This document shows, one piece after another, positions 45,757-56,999 of a stretch of 64,000 bases of DNA (the stretch's first letter is position 1; every line of letters begins with the position of its first letter). Position numbers and translations under genes: made by a program. The stretch comes from Naegleria gruberi (taxonomy: Eukaryota): the NCBI GenBank assembly GCA_000004985.1, contig GG738899.1; one strand, 5' to 3'. The notes under the pieces were generated by a model. That model did no database searches, was not told where the DNA came from, and saw only the letters and a program-made list of their open reading frames with translations.

Positions 45757-48700
45757 TTATTTAAAATATGGATATTTGAGTAATTGTCTAGCTTGTGGTC
45801 TTGTTGCGCTATCTTTACCAACCATTTCAATAACGAGTTCAATAAGCTCAGTTGAGTAAATATTTGGTTTTTGCATATTTTCTGTAAGGATTTGTTTAAC
45901 TTGAGAACTGTCTTTAGAAAAATGGAGATGACTGATGGCAGTTGTAGTGTCATGTGTCATTAATTGATAAATAGTTACACCCAAACTGTAAACATCTGTG
46001 TTAAAACCATAACTTGCTCCCAAACCTAGTTCTGGACTCTGTGAAAATTGTTAACTTTCGAATAGCAATATACTAAACTTACCAAAAACATTGGAGTTCC
46101 ACAATAACTGTTATTTGCAGAAAGTGAATTATCCCTCGCCAATCCGAAATCTGCCAAAACTACCTGAATGTAATCTTGAGTCAATTCCTTAATAAAAATA
46201 TTCGATTCCTTAACATCTCTGTGAATCAGTTTCTTCTCTTCATGAATATATTCTAAAGCATTCAACATTTGGAACAATACACTTTTCAACAAGGTTTCGG
46301 ATATTTGAACTTTAAGTAAACTTGTCAAATCTCCCTTGTCATAATATTCCATCTCAATAACCAATAATTCATTCTTATCAACGAACATGTCATTCACCTT
46401 AATAATATTTGGATGTGCCATGTTCAATAATTGTAAACCTTCTTTCATGAATTGGTTTAGTTCAGAATAGGATTGGAATTTGATAGCTTTTAGAGCTTTG
46501 AAAGAATTGGTTTTGACATCGAAAGCTCTAAAGACAGATCCGAAACCTCCACTTCCAATCTTTACCATGTCCTTGAAACGACTCAATGGATCAAAAGAAG
46601 AAGAACTTGAGCTAGTTCCATTTGTGGAAGACGAAACTGATTGGAATTCCATGGTTGGTCGGAAGAATATGGAAGCTTCAGATTCGGGAAAATCGGTTGC
46701 TGTTATATCATTCTTGGATTCTATCATTTCCAAGTTGAGGTTTTCATTTGATTTCTTTTTTTTCCTAAAATAGAAAATTAGAATGATAATCAAAATTACA
46801 ATAATGACAATTAATAGAAAGACTGAAAGGATGGGAACTAGAGTTGCTATCAGAACTACTTGAGTTTCTTGTTGCTTTGAACTTTCTGGTGAGATTCGTA
46901 ATTGAGAACATTCGTTTCCAGAATAGTTTAAAGTACAGTTACATTGATTAGGAGAAACACATTGTCCTCTTTCTATGCCATTACATGCATCACTTGAATT
47001 CTTACCATAACAAATTGGAAGGCAATTCTCAAAATTTGAAATGAAATATCCAGTTGGACAGTTGACTGAAATTTTGTAAACAGTTCTAGCATTTGCAAAA
47101 AATATTTCACCAGTAGATTCACTAACAACAATCGAATTAGGATTACTATAAAAAACCATAATAATATCAACCTTTCCTTCCTTGTTTAGTTTCTTCAATC
47201 TTCCATTCTCAGCAAAATAAACTATTCCATTAATATTCGAAACATAAAGTGTACTAACAGCCTGTTGAGGGATATAAACAGTCGTTACAATTCCATTGCT
47301 ATCAATTTTCCTTATACCAACCGTATCTACATAATAGATTGAATCGGATAAACTATCGTAGCTTAATGAAACAGCACTTGAAATGATAAAATCAGTTGCT
47401 AGGGATCCGTCTGAGGAACGAGTGCCTCCACCAGCTACTTTTGAAATGGTATTATTTGAGGCCAATCTTATCAAGATATTATCTGAAAAGAATAAATAAC
47501 CACCTTCCTTATATGGTACAATTAATTTTGGACGTGGAATGTCTGTTAATCGATTGTTGACAACAGAACTTCCAGATCCAAACAAATCAAACGTTATCGT
47601 ATCAGTGAATGCTCGTACAATACAACGACACTGGTAGAAATTCTTGAGAAAAGGTTTTCAGGCATAATTGAGTCAACTACCACAACACTGCCTTGGAGTT
47701 TGGCTAATTTTAAAAATGCATGGGGCAATCCGGAGTGCCCTGTCTGTAGGGTATTGTCATTGTATTGTTCTGTGATTTCCATAATCTGCAAAGATATATT
47801 GGTTTGCAACTTTAGTAATTCCTGAAATTCCAGAAAGTTTTGTTTTCCTATTGTCAAACTCTGAGTTGTAATAACCTCCCAAACAAGGACCAATCAGATT
47901 TTTAACTCCCTTGCTTTGTAGATTGTATTGGAGTACTAGATTTTCACTTTGACTATATAAAATTAAATTATTTCCTGACATGGCTAAATTGGCCGAAAGG
48001 TCAACAAATTGTGGATCTTCACCATTGTATTCTCTGTAAACAGCTCCATAACCAGCTATTGTACTTAGTTTAGATGTTGTGTCGTTATACTTTCTTATTA
48101 ATTGATTTCCAGAATCGCAAATAATAAGTGTTCCATTTTGGTCAACTGTAAACGCAGTTGGATATCTTAATTTGTTATCATCAAAACCTGGTACGGTTCC
48201 AATCTGCGTGTTGCCGGCATTAGTAAGGTATCCATCTTCTGAATTGGTGTAAAACGACATTCCCTTATAGCGTCCCATATTTGTTACCTTGTATGGAAAA
48301 GTTGTAAGATATTGGAAAATATTTTCTATTATGATTGCAACAGAATTACCATCTGTAACAAATATACTTGTTTGTGATTGAATAGTTTCTACATAGATTG
48401 AGGTTGGTGCCTTAAAAAGATAATCAATATTCGAAACTATTCCATTCGAAACTATTCTAATTCTTCTATTTCCAGTATCTGAAATATAGAGAATACCATT
48501 ATTGTAGAATAAACCATTTGGATTGTTAAGCTGACAATTTATGGCCAAACCTTCTCCATTATATCCAGCAGTTCCATTTCCAGCTACTCTATAAACAGTA
48601 TCTGAGCTAATATTATAACGAATTACTCTATGATTATTCGAATCTGATATATACAATGATTGATAACTACTATCCATTACCAATGATTGAGGAAAATTCA

Positions 48701-50141
48701 GTAAAGTCTTGGTTCCTGCCATTCCATCAATGTCCGATAAAAACCCCGCTAATCCGGAATCTGCCCCAACCACTATTTTCAAAGTTTTGGTAGAAATGTC
48801 CAATTTCAATACTCGATTTGCATAACTTTCACTCATATAAATATTTCCCTCCAAATCTACAGCAATTCCTCTACATGCTGTCAATAGTTGAGTTTCGGCC
48901 ATGTAGACGAAACCTTGTCCTAAAGATTGAATTCTTTCAGTATTTGGGGAGAAACCAGCAAAGTTGTGCACATAGTTTTGTTCAATCACTCTAATTTTTT
49001 GATTATTTTTTTCTAAAAAGTAAACATTTCCATCAGACGAAACTTCAATACTTGTTGGATTGTAAAGAAAAAATTCAGTATCAAAGTGTTGCATTCCATT
49101 TCCTGCAATTGTTGTGATAGAACCATCTGTTGTTATCTTTCTAATACGATTATTTGCAGAATCTGCAAAGTAAACTTCATTATTCGAAACTCTAATGGCC
49201 TGTGGATAGTTTAGTTTAGTTTCAGTAGCACGTTTTCCATCTACATCAAACCCACATCCATTGTATCCTGCAATTGTTTCCATTTGTCCATTAAAAACTC
49301 TTCTCAATTTGCAATTGAACGTGTCAGCAATATAAATTTCACCTGTAGTATTCGAAACATGGACAGAATGTGGATAATTCAACATGGATAATGTTGCCAC
49401 ACCATCCGAATAACCAGCAGTTCCATTTCCAGCAATTGTCGTAATATTATTCGTAACAAACGAAAGCTTTCGAATAATATGATTTTCTTCTTCAACAAAA
49501 TACAATTCTCCACCATTTCTCTCAACTACAAATAAACCTCTTGGATTTTTCAAATTTGTTACCAATGCATTTCCATCTCCATTCCAAGAATCAACAAAAG
49601 TTCCAGCAACAATTGTTACCTTACTCAACAGATCGGAAGTAAAATTAAAAATTTGCTTTCCAGTCGAAACATAGATCGTATCCAGGGAGCTGCCACTCAT
49701 TCGTATTGAAGTAATTGCACGGTAGTCATTTCCGTTTCTTGTTGAAATGACAGTTTGACTAGTGACATTTATGGCGGTCAATTGGGAATCGTGAAGAACA
49801 TAAAGTGTGTCAATGCCATTGAAGGACATGTCAAGGGGTTGATAGAGTTTCAAGTTTCTGGCATGTTGGGATTGTCCAATAAATTTGGAGAGTTTATATT
49901 CGAGGGGAAGATTTTGGCCTTGTGTAAAAATTGGCAGCAATAATAAAAATGTCAAAGTCACTACACAAAATATCAGATAATTTGGCAAGTGACAGATGGC
50001 GTGTAACATGCTGAATTTTTTTTTGTTGGTTTGGAGTGTGACTCCGCCCTTTCCAGACTGAAATCTTTCAAAGGTTCCAACAAGACACTTCAATCTCTTT
50101 AAGCTTCTAAAAAGAGAAATTAATCGAATTTGTAATTTCAC
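45757..50141 (-). CDS. Large receptor Ser/Thr kinase: signal peptide, ~18 NHL repeats, EGF-like Cys module, TM helix, and a complete protein kinase domain. Multi-exon; the 47586-47760 junction is unresolved
   Basis: Upstream ORF 47757..50141 begins with a signal peptide (MLHAICHLPNYLIFCVVTLTFLLLLPIFTQG). It carries many NHL units (e.g. YIADTFNCKLRRV, YFADSANNRIRKIT, YISDSNNHRVIRY, YISDTGNRRIRIV) and stops mid-repeat (…ADYGNHRTIQ*). ORF 46026..47585 continues with NHL units, CNCTLNYSGNEC, TM LIATLVPILSVFLLIVIIVILIIILIF, and kinase motifs GSGGFGSV, ALKAIK, HRDVKESN, DFGLARD, GTPMFL|SPE across a 44-bp intron at 46039-46082 (gtaagttt...ttcacag), then DVYSLGV. The frame of the downstream part has no ATG for ~150 codons, so it must be spliced to upstream sequence. 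Confidence 0.6.
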
Positions 50142-50162
50142 AAAAAATTCAAAAAAAATGAA

Positions 50163-52274
50163 ATGATCGTTGGTGGCGCCTTAAAAGGTCTCGGAATGAT
50201 TTTTCCCGCCAATTTGGAGCATATCGTAAATGAGGAGAATGAAGAGGAATTTATTTTGATTCGGAAGGGATTTGATAATAGAAAACAAGTTGCTTTAATT
50301 TCTGGTTAGTAACATATTCATTTGTTGGATTTGGATATATAAATTGGTGATACTATTTAATTTTATTATTTGATGATTTGATGAATTTAATTTGATTTTA
50401 ATATTATTGATGGTGATGAACAAATATGAAAAGGAGGAGGATCTGGACATTCACCATCACATGAAGGATTTGTTGCAAAAGGAATGCTCACAGCTGCTGT
50501 TTTGGGAGCTGTTTTTACTTCTCCGAGTGTTTTGCAAATCTTCAAGGCAATCACTGCTGTTACAAGCAGGAGACGAGTTGATGAAGAAGGAAAGGGATGC
50601 TTGTTGATTGTGAAGAATTATACAGGAGATATATTGAATTTTAGATTGGCTAGAGAAATGGCCATTCAAGATGGATATAATGTGGAGATGATTATTGTGG
50701 GAGATGGTATGTTGTTTGAATATATATGTGAAGATTGTAAAGTTTTTGAATGATTAGATGTTACTCATCAGAGAGGAGTTGCTGGAACTGTTTTTATTCA
50801 TAAATTGTGTGGAGCTATGGCTGAGAGAGGTGATTCATTGAGTGAGATTTTTGAGTTTATGAAATCAAAATTAAAAATCACATCGGAACAAGTATTGAAT
50901 AATGGAAATGAATCATTTATTAGGAGTATTGGAATTGGATTGAATAGTATTTCAATGCCAGGTAATTCGGAACCACTCTATGAATTGAGTGACAGCGATC
51001 CTGTCTATGAGCTCGGCTTGGGAATTCATGGAGAGAAGGGCGTTTGCAGACTTACATTTTCTCCAACTAATCCAGTCACTGAAATTTCCAACACAATGAT
51101 TGAACATTTATTACCAAAGGAATTCAGTGCCGAGAATCTCAAATTTGCTCTCATGATTAATAATTTAGGATCTACCACCTTGTTGGAAATGTACAATATT
51201 GCAAGGGTGGTAATTACCTTATTGGAAAATCAAAACATTTCTATTGAGAGAGTGTATGTTGGAACATTCATGACTGCTCTGAATATGCATGGATTCTCTC
51301 TCAGCTTGCTTAATTTAGCTCAAAACTCTGAACAATTATTAGAACTCTTGGACACTCCAACAGAGTCAATGTTTTGGCCAACTAGTTTGAATCTCTCCAA
51401 AAAATCAAACAATTCTTCGAGAACTAGTCACTCAACTGGAGGTATTAAACTGTCCCCTCAAATAGGAATAACAGCCACAACAAAATCCATCATATCTACT
51501 GAGGAAAATTCACAAGTAGAAAAATTCCTCTCACTCACAGGGGTCGTTTGTGATTTTATCTTGACAAGAATTAAAGAATATAATTCTTTGGACAGTGAAG
51601 TTGGAGATGGGGATTGCGGGAGTGCCATTGAAAGGTATGTACAAAATATCACATTATGTAATTATATAATTTATAACTATTTTATATATTTGGAATATTT
51701 TAGAGCTTGTGAATCAATTCAACAACACATCCTCAAAAAACAAGATTTGAAAATGACACTTGCCGAATTGGTTTATCAAATTGGAATTTGTGTTCAAAAT
51801 AGTGGAGGTAGTTCAGGAGCTATTATTTCCATGTTCTTTTTAAGATATTCCAAATCATTGAAAACGAATTCATTCGATCACAAGAAGGCATTCATTGAGG
51901 GAGTGCACGGAATGATGGAATTGGGTGATTCAAAGAAGGGAGACAGAACAATGCTCGATACTCTCATTCCAGTCAGTGAATATTTACAGGAACAAGAAGA
52001 ATCTATCGATGTGGAAACCATTGTTAAAGTTGCAAATGAAGGAATGGATAGTACAAAATCAATGCTTGCCAAAAGGGGTAGATCTCGTTATCTTGGAGAC
52101 AGAGTTTTAGGATTCTTAGATCCTGGTGCACTTTGCATGTTTGATATTGTCAAAATTTGGTCATTGTGGATGTTAGATAAATCACGGGTGGCTAACTCTA
52201 GCGATTTTTTTCGTGAAGTCTCCGACCCACGAGTTTTTTTTGCCACAGTAAATATTACAAGTTGTACTATTTGA
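50163..52274 (+). CDS. Dihydroxyacetone kinase / triokinase (DhaK + DhaL domains), 4 exons. The last 30 codons and the stop codon are supplied by the inserted transposon
   Basis: Exons: 50163-50304, 50434-50706, 50758-51634, 51704-52274. Introns: gttagt...aag, gtatgt...ttag, gtatgt...ttttag. DhaK motifs: KQVALIS|[32 protein letters not shown]...[37 protein letters not shown]|[25 protein letters not shown]. DhaL motifs: [16 protein letters not shown]|ACES...[12 protein letters not shown]...GDRTMLDTL...[21 protein letters not shown]. The native end ...WMLDK is immediately followed, in the uninterrupted flank, by TGA at 57008. Confidence 0.75.
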
Positions 52275-55200
52275 ACCAATATACAATCAATAAATGTTTT
52301 GAAAATGTAAATAATCATATTTAAAGACTAGACTCTATCGTTTACCTGTTGACGAAAAATCTTGGGGTTTTATCAACCCCTAATAAAGAATTTGATGTGT
52401 GCAACAATCATAAAAATAAATATAACCATAAAAGGTATTGAAAAATGACTAACCGAGCTCAAAATCAAATATAACGAGTTTTATTCGAAATACTAATACA
52501 AAAATTGGTAAGTACCTTTCTTCTTACTTCAATAACGAAATGTAAAATTTTGAATTAAATATCTTGAGAGTTGATGATTTGAGAAGGTTGCGGTTCAATT
52601 TCAATTTCCTCAAATAAGCAATTATTGCACCATCTTTCAAATTTAACACATGAATCACAAATAAGAGATCCACAATCATGACATCTACGTACTGACTGAG
52701 TTCTGAAGTGACATGATTCACAGACAAATTGAGGGAAATGAGTGGAACAATTTTTACAAACTCCTTGAAATTCACATAAATTACAAATCTCCACTCCACA
52801 TTGATTACACTCATCAAGTGATTTTGTGTATCCTAAACAAATGTGGCATGGATAAATTGGATAGAAAAGTTCTGTAAAACAATCTATGCAATATAATTGA
52901 TGCCAACATGAATCACAAAACAACCTGAAACAATCACCACACTTATTAATTCCTCTCTCATGTCTACAATAGTTGCAACCTTGTTGTTCACAAATATCTG
53001 GATCACATTTACAAGTATTTGGAAAGCAATATCGTTCATTCTTCTTACAGGAGCATTTAAGGTTTGAGCAACTGGTTGTACAACGGCATCCTGTTACCTT
53101 AGTAAGCTTGGATTCTGAATTTGATTTCTTTCTTTTTTTCTCAATATTTGAGGTTTTAGAGAATTCTTGAATATTCGAAATGGCTGTGTTAACATCATCA
53201 AAAAATTTGTTTAAAATATTAAATAATCCAATTACATCAAAGAATGCACAATGACAATCCGCAACATTTCCCACTTGGAAATGTTCAATTAACATTTCTT
53301 CTTTGAATGCAGTTCTTCCACTACTCTCTTTTTTTGGTAATTTGTGATGTAGATCTTTGTGGCTTTTCATTAATTTCAAGGAATCTACGAAAACTATATT
53401 TTCAAACTTTGATTCTCTTTTCGGATAAAACTCTTTCTTAAATACTTTGAAATCAAGTATCTCACCATTGTGCGCAATTAAGAAAGTTTTCCCTTTAGTA
53501 TTACTAATAAAATCAATAATAAAATCAAGCTCCTTTTCAATGATTGGTTTGTCTCTTACATAATTCAAATTGATTCCAGTAATCTTTGTTGAATGATATG
53601 AAATTGATTTTGTTGGATTTACTAATCCATAAATTGATTCACCTGTTGCCATATTTAAAAAGCAATATTCTGTTATTTTTGGTGGATCATCATTTGTCCA
53701 AAATCCTGTTGTTTCAAAATCAAACAGAATATATTTGTCATCTCCAAAATCATGTTGAAATGGAAGACCCTTATTGTGTGTGTACAAATCATCATTGAAT
53801 AAAATTCTGGAAGCTCGTGGGATTGGTTCTGAAGGTCTAATTTTTTGATCTACTATTGATTTATCAACAGTATTTGTAATAAGTGTTAATAAATTATCAC
53901 TGTCCAATAGGTTGGAAGAATCTGACTGTTTGATTGATTTCAATAAAGCTTCAATCATTGACTGCTTTCCCTCTGAAAATGAATAATTATGAACGTTCAT
54001 TACATGTTTCAAAAATGATTTCAATCTCACAAAAGGTTGATTACATTCTTTACAAAGAATGTAAATATTATTCATGATGTTTTTTGAGTCAATGTTCGGT
54101 GGATTTTTACACATGAATTCTCGTATGAGCATAGTGTTTCTTTGAGGTTCAAATCCTTCTACAGCATCCAATATATAATCGAACATTTCAGTAAAACTAT
54201 TTTCTTTCTCTAATATTTGATCTTCTTCTTCCTCTGTAAGTTTTTTCTTATTCTTCTTCTTATACTTCTTTCTAGTTAATTCCTCATACTCCAATTCCAA
54301 ATCTATTTTTCCATAACAATTCGAATAACTCTCATTTCTCAAAACAAATGGTCCGTCACTTAGTTTTGCTTTTAACACTAACCAAACAGATCTATAACAG
54401 GAACAATAATCCATAAATGTTGGATATCTAATTTTGGATCTAACAATGCTGAAACAATGTTCTACCATTAATGTAGATAAGCTACAAGTACATAGCTCAA
54501 TTGTTGGAAATCTTGTCTTAAGCTCCTTTAAGGATTTTAATGTAATTATAATATGATCAAATAATTCATTATTTAAAGAAATATCGTTTGATTTTTGCCA
54601 TGGATTAATAAATTGAAAAACAGAGTCTAACAGAATCTCTTTTGCTTCCCAACAATAATCATTTTTGAAAATATAATAAATATCCTGCATTAGTTTTAAA
54701 TATTTAGAGACTGTTTGACAAGTAGTATTTTTTGATTTGGCCAAACCATCAATTAAATTAGTTTCTAATAATGCAAATACGGGATCCATAGCCATTTTGT
54801 CAGTAGGATAAATCACAGAATTAGGTAGCCAATCAGTTAAATTTGATTCAGATTTGGCAATCAATAACGTCTCAATTGAAAATGAAATGCCATCTATAGT
54901 CATGGTTTCATTTAGTAATCTATTTCGTAATCGTTTTAGTAGATGAGAGTAATCAAAGAAGTGAACAGTATTGGGAAATATTTTTTGTGTTTGGAAAAAT
55001 GTTAAATTTCCAGTCAATCCATCGCTACTGAAACCTACAACTTGGAAAGAATAATTATTTAACTGAATTCTTTCAAACTGTTCCTTAATCTTTTTTACTT
55101 GATCTTCCAAAAAATCTGCATGACTTGATTTTGTACAACCTGCAAACATTAAAGGGAAAGAAACACTTCCATCAATTGTAGTAGCAAAGAATTGGCAAAT

Positions 55201-56999
55201 GTGAGAAGCAATTTGGGAAGGTACAATTTCTTCTTTAGATTTGTATAGCTGATCAAAATCTTTTTCATTATAATCTGCAAATCCTATAACTTTTCCAGAA
55301 TCTTTAAGAACACATAACCCTCCTCTTATTTCTATTTCATCATATGAAATTATTATATTATTCGTAACTTTCTTTTTCTGTATAGATTTCAATAAAGATT
55401 GCAAATCTAAATCAGAGGTTTGCCCTGTAGATAATTTGGGAAGATAAGATTTCACTGTTGCTAGAGATGGAAGTAATAAATTCACTTCATCAAGGGCTGT
55501 TTGAGAATTCAAAGCTGAGCCATTTCCTTTCAATATTTTCCATATTTTTGATCCACCAAAATATCTTAAAATTAGACACCAATGAATAATAGATTCCTTA
55601 TACTGATATCCTCTTGACTTATTATAATTAGTGATATTTTCCAAAGTATTTTCCATTAATTGGTAGAAAAATTGTTGTTCATGCAGTTTTTCATCTTCAA
55701 TAGCAGCAATCACCAATTTTACAAGTTTGTGATGATGAATTTTGGATAGTTTTTCCTCTAATGAATCCAATTTTTCTTCCCGTCTTGTTAACATAGATTT
55801 TAATTGAGATACTTTCTTTCTTAATTTCTCTATTTGATCTTTTTGTTTGATTAATTTTTCGTCAGAGTTGTTTGATTTAGTGGTTGTCATATGTCGCAAT
55901 TTTTCATATAATTGATAACAATCTGTGCAAACTCCATTCCGATTTAAATTAATATTTCCACATTTCAATGATTTGAAAATGAAATTTCCATTATCATTAA
56001 ATGATACAATTCCTACTTCATTGTTTCGTTTGTCACAAACTTTTCCATCATAATTTAATAAATTCCATACTTTTTCCACAGCAACTCCTTTACATGTAGT
56101 ATTATTATTTTTACAGTTAGCACATGATCGTGTATCAGCATGTTTACATTTCCCCATGCCTTCTTTAATTTCCGAAAATCCTTTTTCTGAATTATATTCA
56201 ACTTTGATCGTTTCATCATTTGCCAATTTTTCAACAAATCTTATTAGCTTCTGATAATGACTGTGACATAAACGTGACGTTTTTTTGTTGATTATTATAT
56301 TATCAGGAACATTTCTTGTGCCAGGCTGTTTACAACAACAACAACTTGTACGTTGTTTTCTTCATGACATTTTTTTGTTTTTTACTCAAAAAAATGTCAT
56401 GAAGACCCAACACAGCCGGAGTTCTTTACCTAGGATGTTCAAGCCAAGTATTATTCTCAAGAAACTAGAACCAATTCATAAATTAAATATTTAATTAGAT
56501 TACTAGTAATAACCCGCCAGGTTCATACAATGAATAAACATTTAAATTTTTTTATTTTTTAACGGAATTAATTTGCTTTGATGAAAATATAATGGAGACT
56601 GTTGGTATGTTTCATGCAAAGTTCCACGTTGGTCAAATAATTATTAACATCAACAAGTAGTAGAAAACAGTAGGTTTTAAATTATTGGATTAGTTTTTTG
56701 ACCAACGTGGAACTTTACATGAACGAGGGCACACTTTGAAGATTATTTTTCTGTGGCTTTATGTTATTCTTGTAATATATCTACAGACTCGGAAAGTTGC
56801 CAAGCAATAAATAAACAATACTAGTACTCATATGTTCAAAAGAATGACAAAGATCAACTTTAGATGTATTATAAATCGATTTAAAAGTTGAAAATTATTT
56901 ATTGATGAGCAACAACAAATTCCAATTTTATTTAAAAACTCGTGGGACACAAATGCTCGATTGCCTGAGCCAAAAATGACCCATAGTTAGCCACCCGTG
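52183..56999 (-). mobile_element. Intact autonomous DNA transposon (P-element-superfamily-like), 4817 bp. Has a 15-bp perfect terminal inverted repeat, ~70-bp imperfect subterminal IRs, and an 8-bp target-site duplication AGATAAAT
   Basis: Left end 52183 reads CACGGGTGGCTAACTctagcgattttttt...CCCACGAGTTTTTTTT. Right end 56999 is the reverse complement: ...AAAAACTCGTGGGacacaaatgctcg...AGTTAGCCACCCGTG. Flanking direct repeats agataaat sit at 52175-52182 and 57000-57007. The ORF track shows a single ORF on the minus strand, 52555-56226. Confidence 0.8.
52555..56226 (-). CDS. Transposase, 1223 aa, intronless. N-terminal Cys/His zinc-binding region, coiled coil, P-element/THAP9-like transposase core, DEDDh 3'-5' exonuclease domain, and C-terminal CXC (tesmin/TSO1-like) plus B-box-like Cys-rich modules
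   Basis: P/THAP9-like core motifs: IISYDEIEIRGGLCV, VVGFSSDGLTGNLTFF, FFDYSHLLKRLRNRLLN. Exonuclease: Exo I YILFDFETTGF...KITEY, Exo II FLIAHNGEILDFKVF, Exo III YHSTKITGI...HFQVGNVADCHCAFFDV (H-x-A-x-x-D). CXC domain: CRCTTSCSNLKCSCKKNERYCFPNTCKC, followed by multiple CxxC...CxxC units (CHICLGY...CNQCGVEICNLCEF...CKNCSTHF). Confidence 0.65.
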   Translation of the reverse strand: MANDETIKVEYNSEKGFSEIKEGMGKCKHADTRSCANCKNNNTTCKGVAVEKVWNLLNYDGKVCDKRNNEVGIVSFNDNGNFIFKSLKCGNINLNRNGVCTDCYQLYEKLRHMTTTKSNNSDEKLIKQKDQIEKLRKKVSQLKSMLTRREEKLDSLEEKLSKIHHHKLVKLVIAAIEDEKLHEQQFFYQLMENTLENITNYNKSRGYQYKESIIHWCLILRYFGGSKIWKILKGNGSALNSQTALDEVNLLLPSLATVKSYLPKLSTGQTSDLDLQSLLKSIQKKKVTNNIIISYDEIEIRGGLCVLKDSGKVIGFADYNEKDFDQLYKSKEEIVPSQIASHICQFFATTIDGSVSFPLMFAGCTKSSHADFLEDQVKKIKEQFERIQLNNYSFQVVGFSSDGLTGNLTFFQTQKIFPNTVHFFDYSHLLKRLRNRLLNETMTIDGISFSIETLLIAKSESNLTDWLPNSVIYPTDKMAMDPVFALLETNLIDGLAKSKNTTCQTVSKYLKLMQDIYYIFKNDYCWEAKEILLDSVFQFINPWQKSNDISLNNELFDHIIITLKSLKELKTRFPTIELCTCSLSTLMVEHCFSIVRSKIRYPTFMDYCSCYRSVWLVLKAKLSDGPFVLRNESYSNCYGKIDLELEYEELTRKKYKKKNKKKLTEEEEDQILEKENSFTEMFDYILDAVEGFEPQRNTMLIREFMCKNPPNIDSKNIMNNIYILCKECNQPFVRLKSFLKHVMNVHNYSFSEGKQSMIEALLKSIKQSDSSNLLDSDNLLTLITNTVDKSIVDQKIRPSEPIPRASRILFNDDLYTHNKGLPFQHDFGDDKYILFDFETTGFWTNDDPPKITEYCFLNMATGESIYGLVNPTKSISYHSTKITGINLNYVRDKPIIEKELDFIIDFISNTKGKTFLIAHNGEILDFKVFKKEFYPKRESKFENIVFVDSLKLMKSHKDLHHKLPKKESSGRTAFKEEMLIEHFQVGNVADCHCAFFDVIGLFNILNKFFDDVNTAISNIQEFSKTSNIEKKRKKSNSESKLTKVTGCRCTTSCSNLKCSCKKNERYCFPNTCKCDPDICEQQGCNYCRHERGINKCGDCFRLFCDSCWHQLYCIDCFTELFYPIYPCHICLGYTKSLDECNQCGVEICNLCEFQGVCKNCSTHFPQFVCESCHFRTQSVRRCHDCGSLICDSCVKFERWCNNCLFEEIEIEPQPSQIINSQDI

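Noticed and set aside
47594-47893. 99-aa ORF overlapping the NHL-kinase junction
   Set aside because: Probably an alternative-frame artefact. It is kept only as a hint to a frameshift in the junction finding.
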